64,000 nt of DNA from NCBI GenBank assembly GCA_030654075.1, contig JAURYB010000091.1, positions 18,141-82,140 of the forward strand. Direction: 5' to 3'. Within the stretch, counting starts at the first letter, position 1; every line of letters starts with the position of its first letter. This document shows positions 54,631 through 64,000 of the stretch, one piece after another. The translations under genes and the position numbers were made by a program. Source of the stretch: Bacteroidales bacterium (GTDB lineage: Bacteria > Bacteroidota > Bacteroidia > Bacteroidales > UBA4417). The notes beneath the pieces are model-generated. The model did no database searches and was not told where the DNA came from. It was given only the letters and a program-made list of their open reading frames with translations.

Positions 54631-57597
54631 TCACATAAAAATTTCCAGGATTTCCTCCTTTGTCATACCGGCAATATATGAATCGGATGGAACAAACATT
54701 TCAGCCAGGTCTTTCTTATTTTGTTGTAGCTGGACTATCTTTTCCTCCACCGTTTCTTTGGTGATAAACCGGTACACAAAAACATTTTTATCCTGCCCGA
54801 TGCGATGCGCACGGTTTAGCGCCTGCATTTCCGCAGCCGGGTTCCACCACGGATCAAGGATAAATACATAATCGGCTTCGGTGAGGTTAAGGCCAACCCC
54901 ACCGGCCTTGAGCGAAATAAGAAACAGTTGGATATCATTCCTGCTTTTAAAGGAACTGATCACTTTTTCGCGGTTGGTTGTTGAACCGGTTAGCAATGCG
55001 TACTTGTAGCTTTTCTCTTTGCAATATTCTTCAACCAGATTAAGATGTTTAACAAATGAAGAGAAAATAAGCACTTTATGGTTTTCTGCAAGTACAGTTT
55101 CGAGACTGTCGGTTACCTCTTTAAATTTCCCGCTTCCGGCATCCGAACCCTTATCGAGCATACGAGGATGATTGGCTAATTGCCTGAGCATCGTTAAAGC
55201 ACGTAATACTAAAACTGCTGAATTTTTTAATCCGCCCGACTCAAAATTTTCGAGGATCAGGTTCCGGACTTTCGATTTTTCAGTTTCATACAAACTCTGC
55301 TGTTCTTCTGTCATTTCACAAAAAACAGCGGTTTCGGTAATCGGCGGCAGTTCGGGTGCTACTTCTTGCTTGGTTCGGCGCAGTATAAAAGGATTGATCA
55401 GTTTTTTGAGTTTCTCGGCTACAGGATCTTCCTGGTTTTTCGACAAGGGAATAGCGTAATATTTCATAAAATGCTGGTGAGTTCCCAGCATTTCAGGATT
55501 AAGGAAATTAAACTGCGACCAGATATCCGATAAGGAATTCTGGATGGGAGTTCCTGTAAGCACCATCCGATGATCGCCCTGAAGAGTGAAAACCGCTTGC
55601 GTTGCTTTTGCGGTAGGTGTTTTGATGGTCTGACTTTCATCGAGAATTATATATCCAAAACGGAAAGCGCCCAGCATATCAATATCGTTGCGCATGGTTC
55701 CATAAGTGGTTAGAATGATATCGAACCGCTTGAAAATATGAGTATCAGCTACCCTGTTTCCGCCCGAATGGATGTAAATCCTAAGCCATGGAGCAAACCG
55801 CGAAAATTCATTTAACCAGTTGTGAATTAGTGATGCCGGCAGTACAATAAGGCTGCACGGAGGCTGGGTAACAGGTGCTGCATTTGGCGTAAATATTTTT
55901 ATTTCAGGATGAGCTTCAGCTTGTGTAAACAAATCGAGCTGCAAGACCGGGGAGGCAGGATAGGCAGATCCACTGAAATCTTCGGATGTTGAATCCCAAA
56001 CTTTTTTGGGGTAATATGAAGCCAGCAGCGCAATAGTTTGCAGCGTTTTTCCCAGGCCCATATCATCAGCTAAAATTCCGCCAAGCCCATTCTGCTTCAG
56101 CGAATGCATCCAGTAGAAACCTGAAAGTTGGTAAGGCCGGAGCGTTACATTTGTGAGCTCAGGCAAGCTGACAGGTTCCGGCGAGGACAAGGATTCTTCA
56201 ATCCGCCCGACTTCTGAATTGAAAACTGAGCTCAGCAATGTATAGTGATGCTTGCTGATACGTATGGATTGTGAGCGCTCTTTTGCATACAGCATAATTT
56301 CCTGGTAACGCGAAAACCATTCATCAGGCAGGATCACAATTTCGCCTGTTGGTAGTTCGTATTCTTTCCTGTTATTGATTATGTGATTCCTGAACTTGCT
56401 GAAAGGAATTTCAAAATTCCTCAAAACTACCGTGCCGTTCAGGTCGAACCAATCCTTGCCGGTTTGCATTTCGAGGTTCAGCACGGGAATTTCTAAAAGG
56501 TATTTAGCATTTTCCGGCTGTTTTATCAAAAATGAGTGCTGTAAAAGTTCTGCCCGGTTTGCTGAGAGCCACTCAATCAGCTGGTACCCTTTATAAAGAG
56601 CCGGTTCCTTTTCATTTAACAAAAAGGTGGCTTCAACCTGTTTCAGATTCAGCGATTTCAGGAAGGCAATATTTTTAGCTTCCCATGCCAGGTTGCGCCT
56701 GAACCGGTTGAATATAAAGCCGTTTTCATCGGCAATCAACGATGTAAAAGTTTTTTGTGGGTGGTTTGCCAATACCACCTTATCGCCATATCGAAAGGAG
56801 AGTATCAGAACAATGCGGCCTTGCCAACCTACTTCCAGCGAAAGTATGGCCTCCGGTAAAAGATGAAGATCATTTAGCTGAAATCCTTCAGCTTCAATAT
56901 CGCAACGGTTTGCAATTTTCCGGATAAAGGTGCTGAAGTATTTATATTCTATGTGTTTGGGGATAATCACAAACTCTTTATTCTGAAATGGCGTGAGGAG
57001 TTTGCCGTTAATATTTTCAGGGAATCTGTATAGTTTATTTTCGGCTAAATACCAGCAAGGTTCGTTTGCAAGGATTTTATTGCCAGGTCTGTTCAGAACT
57101 ATTTCCTTTTTCAGATAATAGGCCCGGAGTTTGTATTGAGTGCCCTCATTAGTACGAGTAAACTTTAACCTGGCTTGTGGACTTTCATCCTCAATGGTTA
57201 TCATATCTTCCGGATGAAGGTTTGTGCTCTCACTTTCGTAAAAAGGAATTTCATTCGCATATAATATTTCGATAATTTTCGAAAGTTTACGTTCCACAAA
57301 AGGCCTGATCAACTCATCAAGCAGATTTTTATCCAGGCTTGTAAAAAAATCCTTTGGCGTCTGGCTTTTCTTCGAAAATTGTTTGATAATGGCCTGGTTC
57401 GAGAAGCTTTCGGTAAGTTTGATAAACTCCGATTCGGCACTGCTTAGTTCGTGATAGTGGCCGATATTCAGTGAAGTCAGTCTCTCGTGAACAGTGATAA
57501 AATTATCGTTATCCCGATAACACGAATAGGGTAATATCACGTAACCAATTGGTTTTATGAATGATAGTAGTGCTACAACAAAAGTCTGTTTTTCCAT
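54631..57597 (-). CDS. SNF2-family DEAD/DEAH-box helicase with long N-terminal SNF2-associated region
   Basis: Start moved to MEKQTFVV (ATG at 57597). Motif I ILADDMGLGKT, motif II ILDESQTIK, helicase-C KVLIFSSF and QALNRAHRIGQ. Confidence 0.85.
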   Translation of the reverse strand: MEKQTFVVALLSFIKPIGYVILPYSCYRDNDNFITVHERLTSLNIGHYHELSSAESEFIKLTESFSNQAIIKQFSKKSQTPKDFFTSLDKNLLDELIRPFVERKLSKIIEILYANEIPFYESESTNLHPEDMITIEDESPQARLKFTRTNEGTQYKLRAYYLKKEIVLNRPGNKILANEPCWYLAENKLYRFPENINGKLLTPFQNKEFVIIPKHIEYKYFSTFIRKIANRCDIEAEGFQLNDLHLLPEAILSLEVGWQGRIVLILSFRYGDKVVLANHPQKTFTSLIADENGFIFNRFRRNLAWEAKNIAFLKSLNLKQVEATFLLNEKEPALYKGYQLIEWLSANRAELLQHSFLIKQPENAKYLLEIPVLNLEMQTGKDWFDLNGTVVLRNFEIPFSKFRNHIINNRKEYELPTGEIVILPDEWFSRYQEIMLYAKERSQSIRISKHHYTLLSSVFNSEVGRIEESLSSPEPVSLPELTNVTLRPYQLSGFYWMHSLKQNGLGGILADDMGLGKTLQTIALLASYYPKKVWDSTSEDFSGSAYPASPVLQLDLFTQAEAHPEIKIFTPNAAPVTQPPCSLIVLPASLIHNWLNEFSRFAPWLRIYIHSGGNRVADTHIFKRFDIILTTYGTMRNDIDMLGAFRFGYIILDESQTIKTPTAKATQAVFTLQGDHRMVLTGTPIQNSLSDIWSQFNFLNPEMLGTHQHFMKYYAIPLSKNQEDPVAEKLKKLINPFILRRTKQEVAPELPPITETAVFCEMTEEQQSLYETEKSKVRNLILENFESGGLKNSAVLVLRALTMLRQLANHPRMLDKGSDAGSGKFKEVTDSLETVLAENHKVLIFSSFVKHLNLVEEYCKEKSYKYALLTGSTTNREKVISSFKSRNDIQLFLISLKAGGVGLNLTEADYVFILDPWWNPAAEMQALNRAHRIGQDKNVFVYRFITKETVEEKIVQLQQNKKDLAEMFVPSDSYIAGMTKEEILEIFM

Positions 57598-57880
57598 TCC
57601 AAGCGTTTGATATCCGATACCAGCGAGCGGTATTTTTAATCTATTATCGGATGCAAATGTAGTAGGATATAATATACTTTTTTTAGGGAATGTAGAGAAA
57701 TTCAGAAGCGTGAATGGGTCCAAACTTATTATTCTTTTGATAACTGAAATCAGAATTGCAGATGTCAAACCGTATTAAATATGCGAAACAACCTAATAAA
57801 ATACAAACCTGTACTATTTACTTAAATTAATCTACTTATTTTCGCCTACCCAAATGATTTGTATACATATTCCTGGCAAG

Positions 57881-59482
57881 ATGCTTAAAAACTTTAAAGT
57901 TCCTAACAACATTGTAATTGTATTTTCAATTATCATACTGGCTGCTGTACTCACCTGGATTGTTCCCGGAGGTAAATACGACAGGCAGACCATTAAGGTG
58001 AATGGCGTTGAAAGAACAGTAATAGTAAATGATACATACAAACAAGTAGATAGCCAGCCTCAAACATGGCAGATATTTTCGGCTTTTTATAAAGGATTTA
58101 TCAATATGTCTCACATCGTCGTATTCATTTTGATGATAGGGGGAGCATTCTGGATCATGAATGAAACAAGAGCGATCGATATAGGCATTCTTTCGTTTCT
58201 GACACTTACCAAGCGATTCGAAAAGTGGAAGGTGATCCGCTTTTTAGGAGTTGACAATATCATAATGTCATTTATAATGATCATTTTCAGCTCTTTTGGC
58301 GCGATTTTCGGGATGGCTGAGGAAACCCTGGCTTTCACCCTGATATTTGTGCAACTTTCGATCCGGATGGGTTACGATTCGCTGGTAGGTATCGGCTTAT
58401 GTTATTTTGCTGCTCACGTGGGGTTTGCCGGAGCCATTTTGAATCCATTTACCATTGGAATAGCGCAGGGATTGTCGAGTATTCCACTTTTCTCGGGAAT
58501 TGAATACCGCGTGGTTTGCTGGCTGATTTTTACTTTTGTTGCAATTGCGTTTGTGCTTTGGTACGCCCATAGAGTAAAAAAGAATCCAAAGAAATCCATC
58601 ATTTTCACTGAGGATGAATACTGGAGAAAAAGAAGTGAATCGGATACTGAAAAGATTGAATATTATACGCCAAAATCGGCACGGATAGTTGCAGTAGTTC
58701 TTTTTCTAATTATGCTGGTTTATTCTTACTACTACCCTTCAACCAATCTGAAGGTTGGGCTGAATATAGTTAAAGGTCCGTTTATTCCCATTTTAACTGC
58801 TATTTTCGGGTTGACCAGCTATATTGCTCTGCGCAAATCACTGCATTTCTTCATTCTGAATATTTTAGCGTTCACTATTTTCTACCTTATTCTTGGTGTG
58901 CTTGGCTACGACTGGTATATTATGGAAATTGCTGCTTTGTTCCTGGCAATGGGTGTATTTACCGGGTTTGCTGCCGGGAAAAAGAATTCAGAAATTACAA
59001 GGCTTTTCCAGGAAGGGGTTAAGGATATTGTTTCGGCAGCCCTTGTGGTTGGTTTTGCCGGAGGAATTATCGCTATACTCAATGATGGACAAATTATTGA
59101 TACGGTACTTTTTTCGCTTTCAAACTCACTTAAAGGCGCAGGTCAGATTGCGGCTATTACCATTATGTATGGATTCCAGTCGTTACTTAACCTGGTTATT
59201 ACTTCGGGTTCGGCCAAAGCCGCACTTACGATTCCTATCATGGCTCAATTCTCCGACATTATCGGTCTTTCCCGGCAGGCAACCATTATGGCTTTTCAAT
59301 TCGGATCAGGTATTACCGATATGATCGCTCCTACCTCCGGAGTTTTAATTGGTGTTCTGGGTATAGCTAAAGTTCCTTATGGCAAATGGGTAAAATTTAT
59401 TATCCCGTTTGTGCTGGGCCTTGCATTTATTGCCTGGTTACTGCTTATTCCTACCGTAACCATGAAATTAAACGGATTTTAA
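57881..59482 (+). CDS. YfcC/DcuC-like anion or amino-acid carrier family membrane protein
   Basis: Start moved to MLKNFKVPNNIV (ATG at 57881). About 12 TM helices. N-terminal VPGGKYDR and FSAFYKGF segments typical of the YfcC family. Confidence 0.7.
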   Translation: MLKNFKVPNNIVIVFSIIILAAVLTWIVPGGKYDRQTIKVNGVERTVIVNDTYKQVDSQPQTWQIFSAFYKGFINMSHIVVFILMIGGAFWIMNETRAIDIGILSFLTLTKRFEKWKVIRFLGVDNIIMSFIMIIFSSFGAIFGMAEETLAFTLIFVQLSIRMGYDSLVGIGLCYFAAHVGFAGAILNPFTIGIAQGLSSIPLFSGIEYRVVCWLIFTFVAIAFVLWYAHRVKKNPKKSIIFTEDEYWRKRSESDTEKIEYYTPKSARIVAVVLFLIMLVYSYYYPSTNLKVGLNIVKGPFIPILTAIFGLTSYIALRKSLHFFILNILAFTIFYLILGVLGYDWYIMEIAALFLAMGVFTGFAAGKKNSEITRLFQEGVKDIVSAALVVGFAGGIIAILNDGQIIDTVLFSLSNSLKGAGQIAAITIMYGFQSLLNLVITSGSAKAALTIPIMAQFSDIIGLSRQATIMAFQFGSGITDMIAPTSGVLIGVLGIAKVPYGKWVKFIIPFVLGLAFIAWLLLIPTVTMKLNGF

Positions 59483-59818
59483 TCAAGAGAGAATTGCCGA
59501 TAAAAAAAGTGAATTAATTTGGGCCTTTTCCATAGGTCGCATATGCTTTTTGTTTTTAATAATTACTTTTTGCCTAAAGTGCTATTAAATAATTAAAGTT
59601 TAAATAATCAAGGGAATTAATGCCGTTTATCCGGGAATAGTAAAAAGCATATTAATAAAGATTCGGAACGATTAAAGTTCTGAGAGACAAGGTTGTCTCG
59701 TGGTTAACATAATGGGAATTCGGGGAAATCCAGGTAAAAGACAATAATATCAGAACTAAACTTGTATACAATTTATTACATTAACTATTAAAACTATCAC
59801 TATTTAAAATTAAAGAAA

Positions 59819-60640
59819 ATGATTAAATCTGTGTTTTTTACTATTATGATGGTAGTAAGCATTTCAGGATTTAGCCAGGTATTCCTTCTGCAGGAATTTT
59901 TTAATGATCCGGTGAAACTTCCTTCCACCTGGACAACCATTGATAAGGACGGAGATGGCCATAATTGGCATATTAATATTGCCGGTTCGGAGGTTTTTGC
60001 CGTTTCTGATTCGTGGATGAGTGGAGTTGCAGGTGCGCTTACACCGGAGAATTATCTTGTTTCCCCGAAAATTAACCTGACCGGAATTAACGGAACGGTT
60101 AAACTTCGGTATACGATCCAGATTCCTGATCCTGTTTCAGTTGAAGAGCATTATAAAGTAGCTGTTTCAACTACCGGAAACAAGGTAGCAGACTTTAAAG
60201 ATATTGTTTTGGAAGAAACTTGTACTGAGGCTGATTATTATGAAAATTTACCGGCATGGAAAGAACGCTGGGTTGATCTCACTCCCTATATCGGGCAAAA
60301 TATTTATCTGGCCTGGTGCCATTTTAATTGTACCAACATGTACCAAATAATGCTAGATTCAATACAGGTTTCATCTTTAACAAATGTAAGTCTTACTAAT
60401 TGTGATCAGGCGCAAGTTACTATGTATCCAAATCCTGTAAAGGATAAACTACTCATAACAGGATCGTTTGAAAATGCGCAATTGCAATTGTTTGCAGCCG
60501 ATGGACGACAAGTATATCAGTCAAATAAAGTAACGAAACAAGCGGAACTTAATGTTTCCTGCTTAGAGAACGGGTTTTATATCCTGAAAATAAATTCGCA
60601 AAAGGGTGTTATTACTAAACGCGTAAATATATCACATTAA
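59819..60640 (+). CDS. secreted T9SS cargo protein (choice-of-anchor-J-like N-domain plus T9SS C-terminal sorting domain)
   Basis: 273 aa. Signal peptide, WTTIDKDGDGHNWH, and C-terminal VTMYPNPVKDKLLI...GFYILKI. Confidence 0.8.
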   Translation: MIKSVFFTIMMVVSISGFSQVFLLQEFFNDPVKLPSTWTTIDKDGDGHNWHINIAGSEVFAVSDSWMSGVAGALTPENYLVSPKINLTGINGTVKLRYTIQIPDPVSVEEHYKVAVSTTGNKVADFKDIVLEETCTEADYYENLPAWKERWVDLTPYIGQNIYLAWCHFNCTNMYQIMLDSIQVSSLTNVSLTNCDQAQVTMYPNPVKDKLLITGSFENAQLQLFAADGRQVYQSNKVTKQAELNVSCLENGFYILKINSQKGVITKRVNISH

Positions 60641-60681
60641 AAAGAAAAAGGGGGCTCCATTTGAACCACCTTTTGAATTTC

Positions 60682-63360
60682 TCAATCCATATCTTTTCCG
60701 CTGTATCGCTTCGGGTATTTTTCTTTGCCTTTCATGGCGAACCATAAAATGCGGTTAAAAAGATCGTCGTCTCCCTTGTCAATCCTGTCAAATTGCGGCT
60801 CCATACTTTTTTGCGCATAATGCAGAGCAGTGCCCTTCAGGCTCGACAGTTTAGGATTCATTTCATCAAGCGGAACCTGGTTTTCGAGAGCTATGTATGG
60901 AGCAACATCTGCTTTTTGTGCAAAACAATCGAACATAGGCATGGCGGTAGCATCCATGATATTCATCGGAGGAATTCCCAGAATTTGTTCAATGGTGCGC
61001 ACCATCGAAGGCTGGTTGTAATTGGTATGAATTACGGTTCCGGTTTTGGAATAAGGACTTATAACAATGCCAACGGTGCGATAGGCTGAAACGTGATCCC
61101 AACCTGACTGAGAATCATCTTCTGTTACAAAAATAACCGTATTACTCCAGAAACGACTTTTGCTTATCGCTTCCACAATCCGTCCGAGTGCCAGGTCGTT
61201 ATCAGCAACCATGGCCCGGGGAGTCGGAAGTCCTTCTCTTGTTCCTCCGGTATGATCGTTAGGAAGAGCCATAATCATCAGTTCCGGAAGCTGATCACCT
61301 TCCATTTGTTCGTATGATTTAAGTTCCTGGATAAATGCGTCAGCCCTGAGCACATCCGGAATCCGGTGGTCATCATACGATGGATAGGTTTCGCACAGTA
61401 TTTTCTCAACAGGTTTAATAGTAGTTTTATTCCTGAATTCGAATTTCTTATGATTCAGAAAATCGGTATAAATGGAAGTCCAGGTGTGTTGCTCACTGTA
61501 TTCAGGAACGGAAGCCTCACCGTAAATCCGCACAGTTTTATTATGCTTCAATGCATTATCCCAGAGAAATCCCGTTGGGGCATATACCAGCGCATCTTCC
61601 TGCACATGCGGGTAACTGCGAAACCAGGCACGCACATCTTTCTCAATATAATCGGTTACAATGGAAGCATCGGTCCATTGATGCCCTTCGGCTGAACATT
61701 TGCCGGAAGCATAAAAATTATCCAGCAAAATAAATTTATCACAAAGATCATGGGCGTTAGGTGTGATTTTCTGTCCGAAAATGGTGAGGGTCGAATCGCC
61801 GTCTCCTTTTTTCATATCGCCTAAAACCTGGTCGTAGGTTCGGTTTTCTTTTATAATGTAGAGAACATGTTTGAATAAAGAAGGCTCGCCAATCCTTTCG
61901 GGAACAGCCACTGGATCAATCTGGTTTCTTGGAAGTTTCGCGGTAAGTGCGATCCGAAAAAATTGATGCGAATTTTGCACTCTTTTAGTGTACGTTTTTA
62001 GTTCTTTTTCTGTTGGTGCCGAAATCACCGAAACTGATGCCAGCATCTTATGTGAATTGTATTCAGGGGTTGATGAACCTTCAGTTTGGGTAGGTATCTT
62101 TGCTCCTTCTGCTTCGATATTGGCAACAAAAATCTGATTATTTCCCGAAATCGCGATTGCCCCCGGATACGCTCCTGTTGGAATAAACCCCTCAACTTCA
62201 CTTTTATCATCAGAAGATTTGCGGCACGATTTCCGGCCTAATTCAACTACGGCGATGGCATTGTCCATTCCATTAGCGACATAAAGCAGTTTATCATTTT
62301 GGGATATAGCCAGTCCGTTCGGAGAATCTCCCCAATACGGATTTTTGTCGCCGGTTAACCTTACTGAAATCGTTTCTGTTACTTCATCAGTTTCTGTAGA
62401 TATTGAACTTACATTATCACTGTTGGCATTGGCAACATAAATAAATTTACCGTCATTACTTGCCACCAGGTCATTTGGGTGAAGACCAACCAATATTTCT
62501 TTAACAACAGTTCCTGATTTCGGATCCAAAACAGATACGGTTCCTTCGCGTGTGGCTCCGTTAAGCGAATCAACTTTAGCTCTGCCCCAAGGCACACCTG
62601 CTACATTTTGATCTGTACTATCCGGAATTCCTCCGGCCCAGTTAGTCACATATATTTTACCATTTGATATTGAAATGCCAAAAGGAGCTACACCTACATG
62701 AGTGGTCCAGATCTTTTCTTTTGTGGCAAGATCCATTTTTACAACTGTATTATTGCCATTCAAGACAATGTATAGGTATTGTTTGCCATCTTCTTGTTGA
62801 AGGATCATTTCATTAGGAATAGCAATTGTGGCAGGCTTTTCAGCCGAAAAAGTAACAAATTCACCAGCGGATAACTTTTCATTTTCCCATTTAGCCTCCC
62901 CGACATAGGAATTATTACTATACCCGGAAGTACCCCAATAAAGCCTGTACTGATTGCTTTCCTGTATCCAGCAGATACCTGAGAAAGTATTCATAAGATT
63001 CTGCTCCTTAAAAATTTTATTCAATGGTAAGGAAGCAACAATCTTCATGGATAGAGGCGAAATAATAAGTATTTCATAACGACCTTCCACCGCCAGCCAT
63101 TTCTTGTCAGGAGAAAATACTACATCCAGTGCATGATTCTCAAGGTTGGGATCGCCAAAATAAATCTGCGTTCCCGCCGGGTCTATCCACTTGTTATATG
63201 GGAGCAAGTTCGGGAATTCTGTCGGAGAAAGCGTTTTGTCTTCGTAACTGCTCCGATAGCTGGTTTGTCCTTTGGTTTGTTTGCCTTGCTGCGCATGGAG
63301 CAGCATCGGTATTAAAAATAAAAGAAAAGTGTATTTTATTGATTTTGAAGTCATTTCCAT
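60682..63360 (-). CDS. secreted YncE-like beta-propeller / phosphoesterase (PLC/AcpA, PF04185-like) fusion protein
   Basis: 892 aa. N-terminal YVTN/YVAN propeller repeats (IYVTNWAGG, IYVANANSD, LYVANGMDN). C-terminal HVLYIIKENRTYDQVLGD and LPNDHTGG phosphoesterase motifs. Confidence 0.8.
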   Translation of the reverse strand: MEMTSKSIKYTFLLFLIPMLLHAQQGKQTKGQTSYRSSYEDKTLSPTEFPNLLPYNKWIDPAGTQIYFGDPNLENHALDVVFSPDKKWLAVEGRYEILIISPLSMKIVASLPLNKIFKEQNLMNTFSGICWIQESNQYRLYWGTSGYSNNSYVGEAKWENEKLSAGEFVTFSAEKPATIAIPNEMILQQEDGKQYLYIVLNGNNTVVKMDLATKEKIWTTHVGVAPFGISISNGKIYVTNWAGGIPDSTDQNVAGVPWGRAKVDSLNGATREGTVSVLDPKSGTVVKEILVGLHPNDLVASNDGKFIYVANANSDNVSSISTETDEVTETISVRLTGDKNPYWGDSPNGLAISQNDKLLYVANGMDNAIAVVELGRKSCRKSSDDKSEVEGFIPTGAYPGAIAISGNNQIFVANIEAEGAKIPTQTEGSSTPEYNSHKMLASVSVISAPTEKELKTYTKRVQNSHQFFRIALTAKLPRNQIDPVAVPERIGEPSLFKHVLYIIKENRTYDQVLGDMKKGDGDSTLTIFGQKITPNAHDLCDKFILLDNFYASGKCSAEGHQWTDASIVTDYIEKDVRAWFRSYPHVQEDALVYAPTGFLWDNALKHNKTVRIYGEASVPEYSEQHTWTSIYTDFLNHKKFEFRNKTTIKPVEKILCETYPSYDDHRIPDVLRADAFIQELKSYEQMEGDQLPELMIMALPNDHTGGTREGLPTPRAMVADNDLALGRIVEAISKSRFWSNTVIFVTEDDSQSGWDHVSAYRTVGIVISPYSKTGTVIHTNYNQPSMVRTIEQILGIPPMNIMDATAMPMFDCFAQKADVAPYIALENQVPLDEMNPKLSSLKGTALHYAQKSMEPQFDRIDKGDDDLFNRILWFAMKGKEKYPKRYSGKDMD

Positions 63361-63439
63361 TATTTTTTGAGATTTTATGAATCACATACCAGGATTGATG
63401 CTGAAGTGCATTGCACCTATACTTTCAAAATACGGTTGC

Positions 63440-64000
63440 TTATTTGCTTTCAGCTGTTATCCATTCCATAATCATCGTCGAACGGATTCCTGTTTTTCCG
63501 GTTGACGGGCAATTTCCTTTTCCCAGTAATTGATCAACTATCGTTTGTATAAGTGGCTGCTGAATGTTTTCCGGGTGCGGGATGTGAAAATGCTGTTGGC
63601 TTCCGTCACTTTTTTCAACCAGAATATTTTGATGCTCGAAAAAGGAAAAACTGATTTTCCCTTCCGAACCAATAATAACAGCTGAATCCGTTTTCAGATT
63701 TTCTGGGACTGAAAAACACCAGGATCCTGTTCCAACTACACCCGATTCAAAAAGGAAGGTTGCCGTTACCATGTCATCAGCCGGATAATCACCTGTTTGG
63801 TTTAATGAAATGCCTTTTGCTTCTTTTATCGGGCCAAGCAGAAATTCAAGGTAATCGAACTCGTGAGCTGCCAGGTCATGAAAATGGCCGCCACCCGAAA
63901 TTTCAGGGAAAACCCGCCATCCCGGAGTTTGCTGAGGATCAATCTCTTCAGGCCTTAATGGATTGTTTAATTGAATATGCAGGTACTTAATATCGCCGAT
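63440..64000 (-). CDS. Gfo/Idh/MocA family oxidoreductase, C-terminal part (5' end outside window)
   Basis: Manual translation shows the minus frame stays open from 63772 to the window edge (IGDIKYLHIQLN...WRVFPEISGGGHFHDLAAHEFDYLEFLLGPI...), typical of the C-terminal domain of this family. Confidence 0.75.
   Translation of the reverse strand: MGDIKYLHIQLNNPLRPEEIDPQQTPGWRVFPEISGGGHFHDLAAHEFDYLEFLLGPIKEAKGISLNQTGDYPADDMVTATFLFESGVVGTGSWCFSVPENLKTDSAVIIGSEGKISFSFFEHQNILVEKSDGSQQHFHIPHPENIQQPLIQTIVDQLLGKGNCPSTGKTGIRSTMIMEWITAESK

Noticed and set aside
1-64000. Search for mobile elements, integrases, phage genes, retron/RT, restriction-modification or other canonical defence genes
   Set aside because: No ORF showed transposase, integrase, RT, methyltransferase or nuclease signatures. 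The SNF2 helicase has the common stand-alone bacterial architecture and no partner genes, so I did not call it a defence system.

Overview
This looks like a core-chromosome segment of a Bacteroidota genome. The evidence is two cargo proteins with type IX secretion C-terminal sorting domains, many exact TAnnTTTG -7 promoter boxes, almost no Shine-Dalgarno sequences, LytS/LytTR and propeller-type sensor kinases, and a yceD-rpmF-plsX-fabH cluster.

About 55 protein genes can be supported:
- Peroxide and electrophile stress: two aldo/keto reductases, ahpC-ahpF divergent from oxyR, a type-B carboxylesterase, two Old-Yellow-Enzyme flavin reductases, YceI, and VOC and cupin proteins.
- Leucine operon: leuC-leuD-(leuA/cimA-type synthase)-leuB.
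- Sensing: an ECF sigma module and three sensor or regulator genes.
- Housekeeping: lipoate-protein ligase, RNase HI, tRNA-dihydrouridine synthase, an ABC-2 exporter operon, an SNF2 helicase, a YfcC transporter and a YncE-propeller/phosphoesterase fusion.

I found no rRNA, tRNA, CRISPR array, transposase, integrase or recognisable defence island.

The signals most worth a second look:
1. Structured intergenic elements. These are degenerate heptamer (and one 9-mer) tandem arrays, often in inverted pairs. They include a ~380-bp nested palindrome at 42675-43057, two copies of a ~110-nt CACAGATT inverted-repeat element, a tandemly duplicated two-hairpin unit at 39196-39440 whose hairpin recurs at 51237 with three compensatory stem changes, and a CTTCGGCTYYGCTCRG core motif.
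2. Two unlinked paralogous secreted proteins, each made of four YL[KR]FDV...[ED][LM]P repeats, with no family I can name.
3. An EF-G paralog whose catalytic His is replaced by Phe (DTPGF) and whose NKxD box reads NQLD.
4. A DUF4160/DUF2442 two-gene module next to a 17-bp-arm palindrome in a divergent promoter region.

All functional calls rest on motif recognition by eye. No database search or folding computation was run.
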